Shown here piece by piece: positions 1-9,718 of a stretch of 64,000 nucleotides of DNA (the first letter of the stretch is position 1; each line of letters opens with the position of its first letter). The notes beneath the pieces were generated by a model. The model ran no database searches. It was not told the DNA's origin and worked only from the letters and a program-made list of their open reading frames with translations. The position numbers were made by a program, and so were the translations under genes. The stretch lies in assembly GCA_023653025.1 (NCBI GenBank), contig JAMNXS010000001.1:10490-74489 (forward strand), read 5' to 3'. This DNA is from Burkholderiaceae bacterium (GTDB taxonomy: Bacteria > Pseudomonadota > Gammaproteobacteria > Burkholderiales > Burkholderiaceae_D).

Positions 1-374
1 GCCGAACGCAGCTCGCGCGGCGCCATGTCCCAAACCGATTTCACCAGCGAGCCGAGGCCCAGCACGTCCTTGAATCCCTTCGGCGGCTCGGGCTCCTTCA
101 GCGCCGACAGCAGCTGGCCGATGCGGCGCAGTTCGCTCACGTCGGACGCACCCATCCCCAGCGCCACCCGTTTCGGCGTGCCGAACAGATTGCCCAGCAC
201 AGGCATCGTGTGCCCGGTCGGGTTCGTGAACAGCAGCGCGGGGCCGCCGGCGCGCAGCGTGCGGTCGCACAGCTCGGTCATTTCGAGATGCGGCGATACC
301 GGCACGGCGACCTCCAAAAGCTCACCGGATTGTTTCAATTTGGAAATAAAATCCCGCAGATCGGAATATTTCAT
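1..374 (-). CDS. ubiD: UbiD family decarboxylase (3-octaprenyl-4-hydroxybenzoate carboxy-lyase), 5' part; runs off window start
   Basis: Hand translation from ATG at 374: [52 protein letters not shown]...[18 protein letters not shown], the typical UbiD N-terminus. Not in ORF track because truncated. Confidence 0.9.
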   Translation of the reverse strand, partial: MKYSDLRDFISKLKQSGELLEVAVPVSPHLEMTELCDRTLRAGGPALLFTNPTGHTMPVLGNLFGTPKRVALGMGASDVSELRRIGQLLSALKEPEPPKGFKDVLGLGSLVKSVWDMAPRELRS

Positions 375-506
375 CGATGGTTGACGTTTTTCAAAGTGAG
401 AGCCATTAGTTTAATCAACCATGGCAACTGGCTGATTTTACTGGATATTGCTACAGTGAAAGCGATTTTTCATAACGAATGGTTATAGCTTTGTATTTTT
501 CCAGTA

Positions 507-535
507 TTGACTCGATATAAACACCCCCCTACAAT
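507..535 (+). promoter_or_regulatory. sigma70 promoter upstream of the transglycosylase leader
   Basis: TTGACT (507-512), 17-nt spacer, TACAAT (530-535). Confidence 0.65.
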
Positions 536-956
536 CCGCTCAAATTTTTCGGGCGGCCACGCCGGAGCATCCTCCGGTCCATTGCAAAGGGAAGTCTCAG
601 CCGCCCTTCACATCGGGGATCGACCCGCTGGCCGGCGAAGCACCTGGTCCAGCGCAGGGGGTCAGTCTGTCATCCCCGAAACAAGATTGCCGGCGCCCTC
701 CCCTCCGGAGCGCGCAAGGCAACACCGGCGTCTGCAGGGGAGCCGACACGAGCAGCACAGGTGTCCGGTCGCAGATGATTTTTTGTCTCGCGGTGAATTG
801 AAGCACGAAGCACGCTTGCAATTGGCCTCAGCTCAGAGCGCCTGACAAAACGTGAGTGCAGACTTGTCATGCCGGCAACAATCGCCGTGCAGGACGGGAG
901 TGAAGCTCTCGGGTTTTGCCAGGCGCTTTGAGGGCCGCGATGATTCAGGAGGTAAC

Positions 957-1865
957 ATGAATAATCGACGCAGATTGACAGCGTTGGTCGGTGCGGGGCA
1001 GTCATCCCTGCAGTTTCCCATCCTCGGCGAGGTAGCGCTCGCCACCGTGGCGCGGGTTCTCGCCGCCGCGCGCCGCACGCTGATGGCGCTGGGACTGGCG
1101 GCCATCGCCGCGCTGGCGCTGATGTTTTTCCGTCCCGAACTGCTGGACGACCTGAAGGCGCTGTCGCCCTTCTCCGACTCGTATGACGAGATCCAGGCCA
1201 GCCCGGCCGGTCTTGCCTTTGCCGACATGCTCGAACTGCCGGCCCACTTGCCGGCAACCAATGCAGCGGCCGACACGGCAGCTGCCGCGGGCGCCGCAGC
1301 CGCCGCGCAGACGCGCGAGCAGCAGCGGGTGACGCAGTGGCTGGCCAAGCGCTACCGGATCGCCGTCAGCGCCAGCAGGATGTTCGTCGGCGCGGCGTTT
1401 GAATCGGCCGAAGCGGTCAAGATCGACCCGCTGCTCGTGCTGGCCGTCATGGCCATCGAGTCGCGCTTCAACCCGTTCGCGGAAAGCGCGGTCGGCGCGC
1501 AGGGGCTGATGCAGGTGATGTCGAAGGTACACCACGACAAGTTCAGCAACCACGGCGGTGTCGCCGCCGCACTCAACCCGGCGGCCAACATCCAGGTCGG
1601 CGCGACCATCCTCAAGGACATGATCCGCCGGACCGGCTCGGTCGAAGCGGGCCTCAAGCTGTACGTCGGCGCGGGTAACCTCGAGACCGATGGCGGCTAT
1701 GCCGAGAAGGTGATGGCCGAGTACGGGCGCCTGCAGGCGGTCGCCGCCGGCAAGCGCGTGCCCACGTTCACGCGGCCCCAGCCGCCGTCCGACAGTGAAG
1801 TGCGGGAAGCAAAGGCCGAGCCGAAGCCGGCCGCGCATCCGCACACCGAACCCGAACCGGCCTGA
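957..1865 (+). CDS. Lytic transglycosylase, SLT domain
   Basis: RBS AGGAGG before ATG 957. Motifs AVMAIESRFNPFAES, GAQGLMQV and NIQVGATIL; N-terminal hydrophobic anchor. Confidence 0.88.
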   Translation: MNNRRRLTALVGAGQSSLQFPILGEVALATVARVLAAARRTLMALGLAAIAALALMFFRPELLDDLKALSPFSDSYDEIQASPAGLAFADMLELPAHLPATNAAADTAAAAGAAAAAQTREQQRVTQWLAKRYRIAVSASRMFVGAAFESAEAVKIDPLLVLAVMAIESRFNPFAESAVGAQGLMQVMSKVHHDKFSNHGGVAAALNPAANIQVGATILKDMIRRTGSVEAGLKLYVGAGNLETDGGYAEKVMAEYGRLQAVAAGKRVPTFTRPQPPSDSEVREAKAEPKPAAHPHTEPEPA

Positions 1866-1890
1866 GTTCTCTCCTCGCGGTCATTCACGA

Positions 1891-1926
1891 GCCGGGAGCC
1901 GCCCTTGGGTGCTCCCGGTTTTTTTA
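1891..1926 (+). terminator. Rho-independent terminator
   Basis: CCGGGAGC / GCTCCCGG stem followed by T7, just after the SLT stop. Confidence 0.75.
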
Positions 1927-3117
1927 TGTCGGCTCGGCGCGACCAGCCGCAGGACGACCAAAATAGACACGCAGCCGCCGCACCGCTTCCTCCAGGTTGG
2001 CCATCGACGTCGCATACGAGACGCGAATGAAACTCTGCGCGCCGGCAGCGCCGAAATCGAGGCCGGGCGTGAGCACCACGCCGGTCTGGTCGAGGATGTC
2101 GCGCGTGAGCCGGTCCGCATCGTCGGACAGTTCGCTGCAGTCGGCATACACATAGAACGCGCCGTCGGGCAGCACCGGAATGCCAAAGCCCAGCGCCAGC
2201 AGCTCGGGGACGAGATAATCGCGGCGGCGGCGGAATTCGGCGCGGCGCTCCTCGGCCGCGGCCATCGCCTCCGGCGTGAAGCAGGCCAGCGCAGCATGCT
2301 GCGCCAGGCTGGAAGCGCAGATGAAAAAATTCTGCGCCAGCTTCTCGATGGCCGGCAGCATCGCCGGCGGCACCACCAGCCAGCCGAGACGCCAACCGGT
2401 CATGCAGAAGTATTTCGAAAAGCTGTTGATGACGACGATGTCGTCGCCGAGCTCGAGCGCCGTGAACGGCGGCGCATCGTAGGACAGGCCCTGGTAGATT
2501 TCATCGACCAGCGCGAAGCCCCGGTGCCGCCGCACCACCGCCAGCGTTCGCTCCAGTTCGTCGCGCGCGATCGACGTGCCGGTCGGGTTCGACGGCGAGG
2601 CCAGCAACACGCCCCTGGTGTTGGCGTTCCAGTGCGACTCGACCATCGCCGCCGACAGCTGGAAGCGCTCGGCTGACCCGCTCGGTATCAGCGTCGGCTG
2701 CCCGTTGAAGGCCGAAATGAAGTGCCGGTTACACGGATAACTTGGGTCCGGCATCAGCACTTCGGCGTCGCGCTCTACCAGCGCCGCGCAAGCCAGCAGC
2801 AAGGCCGCCGACGCGCCGGCGGTGATGACGATGCGTTCGGCCGGTACATCGACGCCGAAAGCGGTCCGGTAATGCTCGGAGATGGCCTCGCGCAGCGGCT
2901 GCAGGCCGAGCGCTGCGGTGTAGCGCATGGCCGCGCCGCTGGACAGGGCCGCGGCGGCCGCATCGAGCACCGGCTGCGCGGGCGGGAAGTCCGGCTCGCC
3001 GATGCACATCGAAATCGTCGAGCGCCCTGCTTTCTCCAGCTCGGCCGCGCGCTTGAGCACTTCCATCACGTGGAAGGGCTCGATCTGCTGCAGGCGCTGT
3101 GCGAGCGGGAAATCCAT
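1924..3117 (-). CDS. PLP-dependent aminotransferase class I/II
   Basis: IGEPDF, SPSNPTG, DEIYQG and NSFSKYFCMTGWRLGW (PLP lysine) motifs; start MDFPLAQRL. Confidence 0.9.
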   Translation of the reverse strand: MDFPLAQRLQQIEPFHVMEVLKRAAELEKAGRSTISMCIGEPDFPPAQPVLDAAAAALSSGAAMRYTAALGLQPLREAISEHYRTAFGVDVPAERIVITAGASAALLLACAALVERDAEVLMPDPSYPCNRHFISAFNGQPTLIPSGSAERFQLSAAMVESHWNANTRGVLLASPSNPTGTSIARDELERTLAVVRRHRGFALVDEIYQGLSYDAPPFTALELGDDIVVINSFSKYFCMTGWRLGWLVVPPAMLPAIEKLAQNFFICASSLAQHAALACFTPEAMAAAEERRAEFRRRRDYLVPELLALGFGIPVLPDGAFYVYADCSELSDDADRLTRDILDQTGVVLTPGLDFGAAGAQSFIRVSYATSMANLEEAVRRLRVYFGRPAAGRAEPT

Positions 3118-3163
3118 CGCGGATCGGCAGCCGTAAGTGACCGTCAGAGGCCGTCCGTGGCCG

Positions 3164-3631
3164 TCAGCGGCCGGCGGCGACCTCGGTCGCGCGCAGCCGG
3201 GCGGCAAGCTTGTCGAGCACGCCGTTGACGTATTTGTGGCCGTCGATGCCGCCGAAGGACTTGGTCAGCTCGACCGCCTCGTTGATGACGACCCGGTACG
3301 GAATCTCGACATGGTGCTTCAGCTCGAATGCGCCGATCAACAGCGCCGCATGCTCGACCGGCGACAGCTGCTCGATGCCGCGGTCGATAAAGGGAACGAT
3401 GTCCTCGCGCAGGCTCCCGACGTCACGGATCGTGCCGTGCAGCAGGATGTCGAAATGCTCGCGGTCGGCCTTCTCGAAGCCGTGGGCGTTGCGGATATGG
3501 GCATCGATGACGCCCGGGTCTTCCCGGCTCATCAGCCACTGGTACAGGCCCTGCAGCGCGAACTCGCGCGCGCGGTGGCGCGGCGTGCGGTTCTTGTTCG
3601 GGTTGGCGTGCTGGGATTTGGTGCCACTCAT
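3164..3631 (-). CDS. nusB: Transcription antitermination factor NusB
   Basis: [39 protein letters not shown]; adjacent to ribH. Confidence 0.96.
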   Translation of the reverse strand: MSGTKSQHANPNKNRTPRHRAREFALQGLYQWLMSREDPGVIDAHIRNAHGFEKADREHFDILLHGTIRDVGSLREDIVPFIDRGIEQLSPVEHAALLIGAFELKHHVEIPYRVVINEAVELTKSFGGIDGHKYVNGVLDKLAARLRATEVAAGR

Positions 3632-3639
3632 GGTGTGCC

Positions 3640-4125
3640 TTATTCTTCGTTCGCTTCGTCGGCCAACTCTTCCATCGCGGCCACGAGGTTCGCCATCTCG
3701 ACCGCCACGCGCGCGGCGTCGGCGCCCTTGGCGGCCATCCGGATCTCGGCCTGCTCGTCGTTCTCGGTGGTCAGCACGGCATTCGCGATCGGCAGGCCGA
3801 AGTCGAGGCCGATGCGCGTGATGCCGGCGCCGGATTCGTTGGAGACCAGCTCGAAATGGTAGGTCTCGCCGCGGATCACCGCGCCCAGCGCGATCAGCGC
3901 GTCGAACTGGCCGGACTCGGCCATCTTCTGCAGCGCCAACGGGATCTCGAGCGCGCCGGGCACCGTCACCAGCAGCACGTCCTGGTCTTCGACGCCGAGG
4001 TGCTTGAGCTCGGCCAGGCAGGCGGCGGACAGTCCGTGGCAGATATCTTCATTGAAGCGAGCCTGCACGATGCCGATGCGCAGGCCGTTGCCGGTGAAGT
4101 CGGGTTCGTAGGTTCCTACGGTCAT
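3640..4125 (-). CDS. ribH: 6,7-dimethyl-8-ribityllumazine synthase
   Basis: [28 protein letters not shown] motifs. Confidence 0.96.
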   Translation of the reverse strand: MTVGTYEPDFTGNGLRIGIVQARFNEDICHGLSAACLAELKHLGVEDQDVLLVTVPGALEIPLALQKMAESGQFDALIALGAVIRGETYHFELVSNESGAGITRIGLDFGLPIANAVLTTENDEQAEIRMAAKGADAARVAVEMANLVAAMEELADEANEE

Positions 4126-4138
4126 GGTATCTCCTGCG

Positions 4139-5263
4139 TCAGTGGTCCGAGGGTTGGTCGGGGCTGGCCTGATAGCCGACCACTTCCAGGTTGAAGCCGG
4201 TCATCGAGGGCATTTTCCTCGGATTGGCCAGCAGCTTCATCTTGCCGACGCCGAGCGCGCGCAGGATTTGCGCGCCGATGCCGTAGGTGCGCAGGTCCAT
4301 GCGGGCCGCACGCGGCGGAGTCGCCGGCTGCGCGGCGCCCAGCGCGGCGAACTGCGCGAACATCTGCTCGGCCGACTCCTCGCAATTGAGCAGCACGATC
4401 ACGCCGCGCTCGGCCGCCTGGATCGCGCTCATCGCAGCGGCCATGTTCCAAGAATGGGTAGTAGCACCCGTTTCCAGCATGTCGAGGATGGAGACCGGCT
4501 GATGCACGCGCACGAGCGTTTCCAGTTCGGGCCGGAGCGCGCCGTGCACCAGCGCGAGATGCGCGCCACGGCTGGGCGTATCGCGGAAGGCAATCGCATG
4601 AAAGCTGCCGAACGGCGTCTGCATCGTGCGCTCGCCGACGCGCTCGACGATGCTCTCGTTCTGGCTGCGATAGTGAATCAGGTCGGCGATGGCGCCGATC
4701 TTCAGCCCGTGCTCGCGCGCGAATTCGAGCAGGTCCGGCAGGCGCGCCATCGTGCCGTCGTCCTTGAGAATCTCGCAGATGACGGCTGCCGGCGTCAGGC
4801 CGGCGAGGTCGGCGAGATCGCAGCCGGCCTCGGTATGGCCGGCGCGCATCAGTACCCCGCCGTTCTGCGCGCGCAGCGGGAATACATGCCCGGGCTGCAC
4901 GATGTCGGCGGGCTTGGCATGGCGGGCGACCGCGGCCTGGATCGTGCGCGCGCGGTCGGCGGCCGAGATGCCGGTCGTCACGCCTTCGGCGGCCTCGATC
5001 GACACGGTAAAGTTGGTGCCGTACGAGGTGCCGTTGCGGGCCGTCATCATCGACAGATTCAGCTGGTCGCAGCGTTCCTCGGTCAGGGTCAGGCAGATCA
5101 GACCGCGACCGTGCTTGGCCATGAAATTGATCGCCTCGGGCGTGACGAAGTCGGCCGCCAGCACGAGGTCGCCCTCGTTCTCGCGGTCCTCCTCGTCGAC
5201 GAGAATGACCATCCGGCCGGCGCGCAGCTCGGCGATGATCTCTTGTGTGCTTGAAAGTGACAT
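4139..5263 (-). CDS. ribB: 3,4-dihydroxy-2-butanone-4-phosphate synthase fused to a degenerate GTP cyclohydrolase II-like domain (RibBX type)
   Basis: [27 protein letters not shown] in the RibB domain; C-terminal domain lacks the zinc-binding cysteines. Confidence 0.92.
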   Translation of the reverse strand: MSLSSTQEIIAELRAGRMVILVDEEDRENEGDLVLAADFVTPEAINFMAKHGRGLICLTLTEERCDQLNLSMMTARNGTSYGTNFTVSIEAAEGVTTGISAADRARTIQAAVARHAKPADIVQPGHVFPLRAQNGGVLMRAGHTEAGCDLADLAGLTPAAVICEILKDDGTMARLPDLLEFAREHGLKIGAIADLIHYRSQNESIVERVGERTMQTPFGSFHAIAFRDTPSRGAHLALVHGALRPELETLVRVHQPVSILDMLETGATTHSWNMAAAMSAIQAAERGVIVLLNCEESAEQMFAQFAALGAAQPATPPRAARMDLRTYGIGAQILRALGVGKMKLLANPRKMPSMTGFNLEVVGYQASPDQPSDH

Positions 5264-5341
5264 GCGGGTGATTCCGGAAAGGTCGGCCATTTTAAAGGAT
5301 TTCGGTGGCAAGACCGCGCCGGGATGACGATTCATCGGCCG

Positions 5342-5968
5342 TCAGCGCGCGCTCACCGCCATCGTCGCCAGCATCCGCTCGACATAGCGCGCGATCAGGT
5401 CGACCTCGAGGTTGACCCGCGCGCCAGGGGCCAGGTGTTTCAGGGTCGTGACCGCGATGGTGTGCGGGATCAGGTTGATCGAGATCGTGCAGCCGTGCTC
5501 GCCGTCGGCGACGCTGTTGACGGTCAGCGAGACGCCGTTGACGACCGCCGAGCCCTTGTAGGCAAAGTATTTCGCCAGCTCGGGCGGGGTCAGGATGTCG
5601 AGCCGCCATGACTCGCCGACCGGCGCGAAATATGCGACCGTGCCCAGGCCGTCGACATGGCCGGAAACGAGATGGCCGCCGAGCCGCTCGGCCAGCGTCA
5701 GCGCCTTTTCGAGGTTGACCTCGCCTTCGCGGTCGAGGCCCACCGTGCAGTTCAGGCTCTCGCGCGAGACATCGACGGCGAAGCTGTCGGTCGTCTTGTG
5801 GGTGACGGTCATGCAGGCGCCATTGATGGCGATCGAATCGCCGAGCGCGACGTCGTCGAGCGTCAGGCCGCCGGCGTGGATCTGCAGCCGGACGCCAGCG
5901 TCCGGGTCGCTGCCCAGCGCCCGGATCGAGGTGATGCGACCAATGGCCGCGACAATGCCTGTGAACAT
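5342..5968 (-). CDS. ribE: Riboflavin synthase alpha chain
   Basis: MFTGIV start, GDSIAINGACMTV, LGGHLVSGHVDG, VNLEVDLIARY. Confidence 0.95.
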   Translation of the reverse strand: MFTGIVAAIGRITSIRALGSDPDAGVRLQIHAGGLTLDDVALGDSIAINGACMTVTHKTTDSFAVDVSRESLNCTVGLDREGEVNLEKALTLAERLGGHLVSGHVDGLGTVAYFAPVGESWRLDILTPPELAKYFAYKGSAVVNGVSLTVNSVADGEHGCTISINLIPHTIAVTTLKHLAPGARVNLEVDLIARYVERMLATMAVSAR

Positions 5969-6041
5969 GGAGGTCTTTCGGAGAAAGTCGGAAGGTGGTG
6001 GGAAGAATTCAGGAAGCAGTCGGCAAGCGGTCAGGAAGCGT

Positions 6042-7199
6042 TCAGGAAGCGGCGAGGCGGGCGCGAATCCGGAGATCGGGCCCGACGCGGCACACGTCAT
6101 GGAAATGCAAGGGCAGGCGGCCGTCCAGCCGCTCGAGCTGCGGCAGCCGCGCGATACCCTGCGCCGGGCCCAGCAGGCAGGGCGCGACATACATCAGCAG
6201 TTCATCGACGACGCCGGCGCCCAGCAGCGAACCGTTGAGCTTGGTGCCGGCCTCGACGTGCAATTCATTGATCTGGCGCCGACCGAGTTCCTGCATCAGA
6301 ACGGCGAGGTCGACCTTGCCGCTGCCGGAGGGCAGGACGATCACCTCGTGGCCATCGGCGCGCAGGCGCGCGGCGCGGGCCGCATCGTCGACGGCAGCAA
6401 CAATCCAGCTGCCGCCGCCGGCCAGTACCTTCGCCTCGGGCGCAATCTCGAGCCGGCTGTCGACGACAATCCGGCGCGGCTGGCGCGGCGTGGCGACAGC
6501 GCGCACGTTCAGTTGCGGATCGTCCTGCACGACGGTGCCGATGCCGGTCAGGATGGCGCAGGCCCGCGCGCGCCACGCATGGCCGTCGTCGCGCGCCGCC
6601 GCCGACGTGATCCACTGGCTCTGGCCGTCCGGCAGCGCGGTGCCGCCGTCGAGGCTGGCGGCCACCTTCATCCTGACCCACGGACGGCCGAGCCGCATCC
6701 GGTGCAGGAAACCGATGTTCATCTCGGTAGCCTCGTCGGCCAGCACGCCGACCTCGACCGCGACGCCGGCCGCGCGCAGGCGCGCCAGACCTTGCCCGGC
6801 CACCAGCGGATTCGGATCTTCGATGGCCGCGACCACGCGCGCGATGCCGGCCGCGGCCAGCGCGTCCGCGCACGGCGGCGTGCGCCCGTGGTGGCTGCAG
6901 GGCTCGAGCGTCACGTAGGCAGTCGCACCGCGCACGTCGATGCCGGCCTCGGCCGCATGCCGCAGCGCATGCGCCTCCGCGTGCGCGAAGCCGGCCGGCT
7001 GCGTGTGGCCTTCGGCCAGGATCTCGCCGCCGCGCACGATGACGCAGCCCACGCGCGGGTTCGGGGTGGTCGTGTAGAGCGCATGGGCCGCCTGCGCGAG
7101 CGCCGCGCGCATGCCGTCGCCGTCGTTGGCGATGCGGTTGACGATGCGGCTGACAATGCGGTTGCCGACGGGCTGGCTGGAGAAGTCGCTGGTGTTCAC
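6042..7199 (-). CDS. ribD: Bifunctional deaminase/reductase RibD (start uncertain)
   Basis: PNPRVGCVIV, HAE, TLEPCSHHGRTPPC, KVAASLDG motifs. Confidence 0.93.
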   Translation of the reverse strand: MNTSDFSSQPVGNRIVSRIVNRIANDGDGMRAALAQAAHALYTTTPNPRVGCVIVRGGEILAEGHTQPAGFAHAEAHALRHAAEAGIDVRGATAYVTLEPCSHHGRTPPCADALAAAGIARVVAAIEDPNPLVAGQGLARLRAAGVAVEVGVLADEATEMNIGFLHRMRLGRPWVRMKVAASLDGGTALPDGQSQWITSAAARDDGHAWRARACAILTGIGTVVQDDPQLNVRAVATPRQPRRIVVDSRLEIAPEAKVLAGGGSWIVAAVDDAARAARLRADGHEVIVLPSGSGKVDLAVLMQELGRRQINELHVEAGTKLNGSLLGAGVVDELLMYVAPCLLGPAQGIARLPQLERLDGRLPLHFHDVCRVGPDLRIRARLAAS

Positions 7200-7227
7200 G
7201 ATGAGCGCTGGAAAACGGTCGCCCATT

Positions 7228-7734
7228 CTAGCAAGTCGTTCTGTCGCGGTCCGGGTCGCACTGCCGCGCGCGCCCGAGGAAGTTGATGATGATCTTGCGC
7301 CGCTGGTCGCCAAGCCGGAAAGTCAGTGAGCCGAACTGCGGCGCCGACGCGCTCTTGTCGGTGCGCGGCCGCCCGCTGGGCGCAAATGCCAAGTAGGCAC
7401 GCGACATGTCGGACAGGCTGGCGCTGACGGCCAATGACGCCGGCAAACCGGGACCGGACCGGATGACCGTGCGGCCGCCGTCGGCAACGACGCGCCAGCC
7501 GGCGCTCCAGCCTGCCGGCGATACCGGTTCCAGATCGACCCGCCGGCCGCGCCGGATCGCCTCGTTGCGCGCGAACACCAGCGCCGAGCGGAAGTCGCCG
7601 CAGGCAGCGACGAGGCGCAGCCGGTCAAGGAGCGGACTGAAACCCGCGGCGCCCATCGCTGCCAGCGAGCCCGTGATGGCGGCGACGGCCAGCAGCTCGA
7701 TCAGGCCAATGCCGCGGGCTGGCCGGCGCCTCAT
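7228..7734 (-). CDS. GspH/FimT family pseudopilin
   Basis: Prepilin motif ARG|IGLIELL, ARNEAIRRGRRV, C-terminal NFLGRARQC. Confidence 0.8.
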   Translation of the reverse strand: MRRRPARGIGLIELLAVAAITGSLAAMGAAGFSPLLDRLRLVAACGDFRSALVFARNEAIRRGRRVDLEPVSPAGWSAGWRVVADGGRTVIRSGPGLPASLAVSASLSDMSRAYLAFAPSGRPRTDKSASAPQFGSLTFRLGDQRRKIIINFLGRARQCDPDRDRTTC

Positions 7735-8153
7735 TCGACCGACAGCTCGCGCCACGCGATCCGTCGCACGCGCGGCGTGCATGGGTCGTCGTGTGCACTC
7801 TCGCAGCCGTCGATCGCATAGTCGGCCTGTATCCTGACCCGGATGCGGCCGCTTTCGCCGGTTGCCGTCATGCGCAGCAGCTGCAACGGCAGATCGGCCA
7901 GCTCGCCCGTGTCCGAACTCGCGACTTCGTCGATGCGAATGGCAGCGTCCGCGCGCGCGAGGCTGTCGGCAGCGGCATGTGTTTCCCCCAGCCCTGCTGC
8001 CGCGCGCCGCAGCGCTGCCTCGGCATGCATGCGCGCCAGCTGATGGTCGGCATGCCGGCTCTGGGCCAGCCCGCCGTCACGCACGATGCTGGCCGCGCCG
8101 GCAGCCGCCAGTACCACGGCTACCATGGCCAGCAGCGCCGGCAGCAGGCTCAT
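7731..8153 (-). CDS. PilX-like minor pilin (diverged)
   Basis: Hydrophobic N-terminus, ADHQLARMHAEAAL, RMTATG, RRIAWREL; position in a pilV-W-X cluster. Confidence 0.55.
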   Translation of the reverse strand: MSLLPALLAMVAVVLAAAGAASIVRDGGLAQSRHADHQLARMHAEAALRRAAAGLGETHAAADSLARADAAIRIDEVASSDTGELADLPLQLLRMTATGESGRIRVRIQADYAIDGCESAHDDPCTPRVRRIAWRELSVE

Positions 8154-9082
8154 GCCGATGGCTCCAGGCTGTTACGCAGGAAGATCACCGCATCGTAGCG
8201 CTTGTGCTGCCGGTAGGCGTCGAGCTGCTGAGGCGTCAGGCGCACGCCCGGGTCGTCGGAGCCGTGCAGGTCCGCATAGCGGGGGCCAAACAGGTCGATC
8301 GTGCGGCGCGCGCCACGAACCGTCTGGCGCCCGGAGCGCAGCAGCAGGGCCACCTGCACGGCCACCACCCGGGTCCATGCCGCCGGCTGGCCGCTCGGAC
8401 GATGGGCGTCGCTGGCCCGGAGCGCGGTGGCGCTGACGAAATCGTTCGGCAAGCCGTCGCGGTCGGTGTCGAGGCCGTACAGCAGCTGGAAGCCGGCGAC
8501 GCCGGCAGCCACGGCATGCGCGCTCCATTGCGCGCCGGCCCGGGTCCGGCAGCGCAACTCCGGCTCGCCGGCGCGGTCGGCAGCAACATACAGCTGGCTT
8601 ACGCCGGCATACGGGTCCGCCGCCTCGTCCGGAGAAAAGTCCGGCGCTGGAACCGACACCGGCAGGCCGGCGCAGTCGAGAACGAGGCCGGATTCGTCGC
8701 CAGCCAGCCGAAGCTCGAGCAAGTCGCTGCCGAGATGGGCCCCGGATGTCGGTGCCGCGCTGGCGGCGGCGTTCGCAGGCAGCGCGTTGTCATGCCCGGC
8801 GAGCGCACCGTCGAAGGGACGCGCACGACGGCCCGCCATCGTCCGTGTCGGATCGACATGGCCGGCGTGCTGCAGCAGGCGCGCGATGAGGTCGAACACG
8901 TAAGCAGCCTGTTCGTCCATCAGCGCGGCCTGTTCGGTCTGCAGGACCTCGCCGTTCGACATCGCCATGACCTGCAGCGACGCCAGCGAGACGGCCAGGG
9001 ACAGCGACAGTGCCGTCATGACCGCCAGCAAGCTGGCGCCGCGCGCCCGGCACCGGCGGTGGCACCGGCCGGCCGCCCTCAA
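8150..9082 (-). CDS. PilW family type IV pilus assembly protein
   Basis: VAGFQLLYGLDTDRDG, WTRVVAVQVALLLRS, IFLRN; probable TTG start overlapping the pilV stop. Confidence 0.75.
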   Translation of the reverse strand: MRAAGRCHRRCRARGASLLAVMTALSLSLAVSLASLQVMAMSNGEVLQTEQAALMDEQAAYVFDLIARLLQHAGHVDPTRTMAGRRARPFDGALAGHDNALPANAAASAAPTSGAHLGSDLLELRLAGDESGLVLDCAGLPVSVPAPDFSPDEAADPYAGVSQLYVAADRAGEPELRCRTRAGAQWSAHAVAAGVAGFQLLYGLDTDRDGLPNDFVSATALRASDAHRPSGQPAAWTRVVAVQVALLLRSGRQTVRGARRTIDLFGPRYADLHGSDDPGVRLTPQQLDAYRQHKRYDAVIFLRNSLEPSA

Positions 9083-9603
9083 GGCGCCGCTCCCAGATCG
9101 ATGATGGCCGCCGGCTGCATGCCGCCGCCGCGCCATGCCCGGCCGATCTTCAGTACCTGCGTGACGCCATCGGCAGCGCACGACCAGTCGGCTGACGCGG
9201 CATCGGCCGTCGAGGCGGCGCAGACCAGCAGGCGTGCGTCGCCGATCGACTCGAGCAGCCGCGCGCGCCAGCGCGCCAGGTAGTCGCGGGCCGCTTGCCG
9301 CGCGTCACAGCTTGATTCAGGATCGTGGCAGTCGTCAGCGAATTCCGATGTGCCGGTGGCATCGAGCGCCTGCGCCAGCGGCATGTCGAGGTGATGGTGG
9401 CCGCCACGGCGCGTCCATTCGGCCAGTTCGGTCCCGAGACGCACGGCGCTGGCGCGGGCCAGCGACTGGGCCCGGGTCGCGGCGTTCGAGCGGCTGACCT
9501 GCACGAGCAGCAGCGCAGCCAGCGACACCACCAGCAAGCCCACCATGACATCGACGAGCGAGAAGCCCCTGGCCGACAGCGGCAAATTCGTTGTCCGGTT
9601 CAT
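9079..9603 (-). CDS. PilV-like type IV pilus modification protein
   Basis: Prepilin-like ARG|FSLVDVMVGLLVV, N-terminal hydrophobic helix. Confidence 0.7.
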   Translation of the reverse strand: MNRTTNLPLSARGFSLVDVMVGLLVVSLAALLLVQVSRSNAATRAQSLARASAVRLGTELAEWTRRGGHHHLDMPLAQALDATGTSEFADDCHDPESSCDARQAARDYLARWRARLLESIGDARLLVCAASTADAASADWSCAADGVTQVLKIGRAWRGGGMQPAAIIDLGAAP

Positions 9604-9718
9604 CCGCGCATCGTGCGGCCGGCATCGCCCATCCGCGCGAACTGTTAAGGCTCGCCTAACAATTCATGCGCGAGATCAAGGATTCAAACGAGATGTTCCG
9701 GTTCGACCGGCAGCAGAG

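Noticed and set aside
5969-7227. FMN riboswitch controlling the rib genes
   Set aside because: No AGGGCGGGG / GGUGAAAUUCC-type core is seen, and the intergenic gaps are too short.
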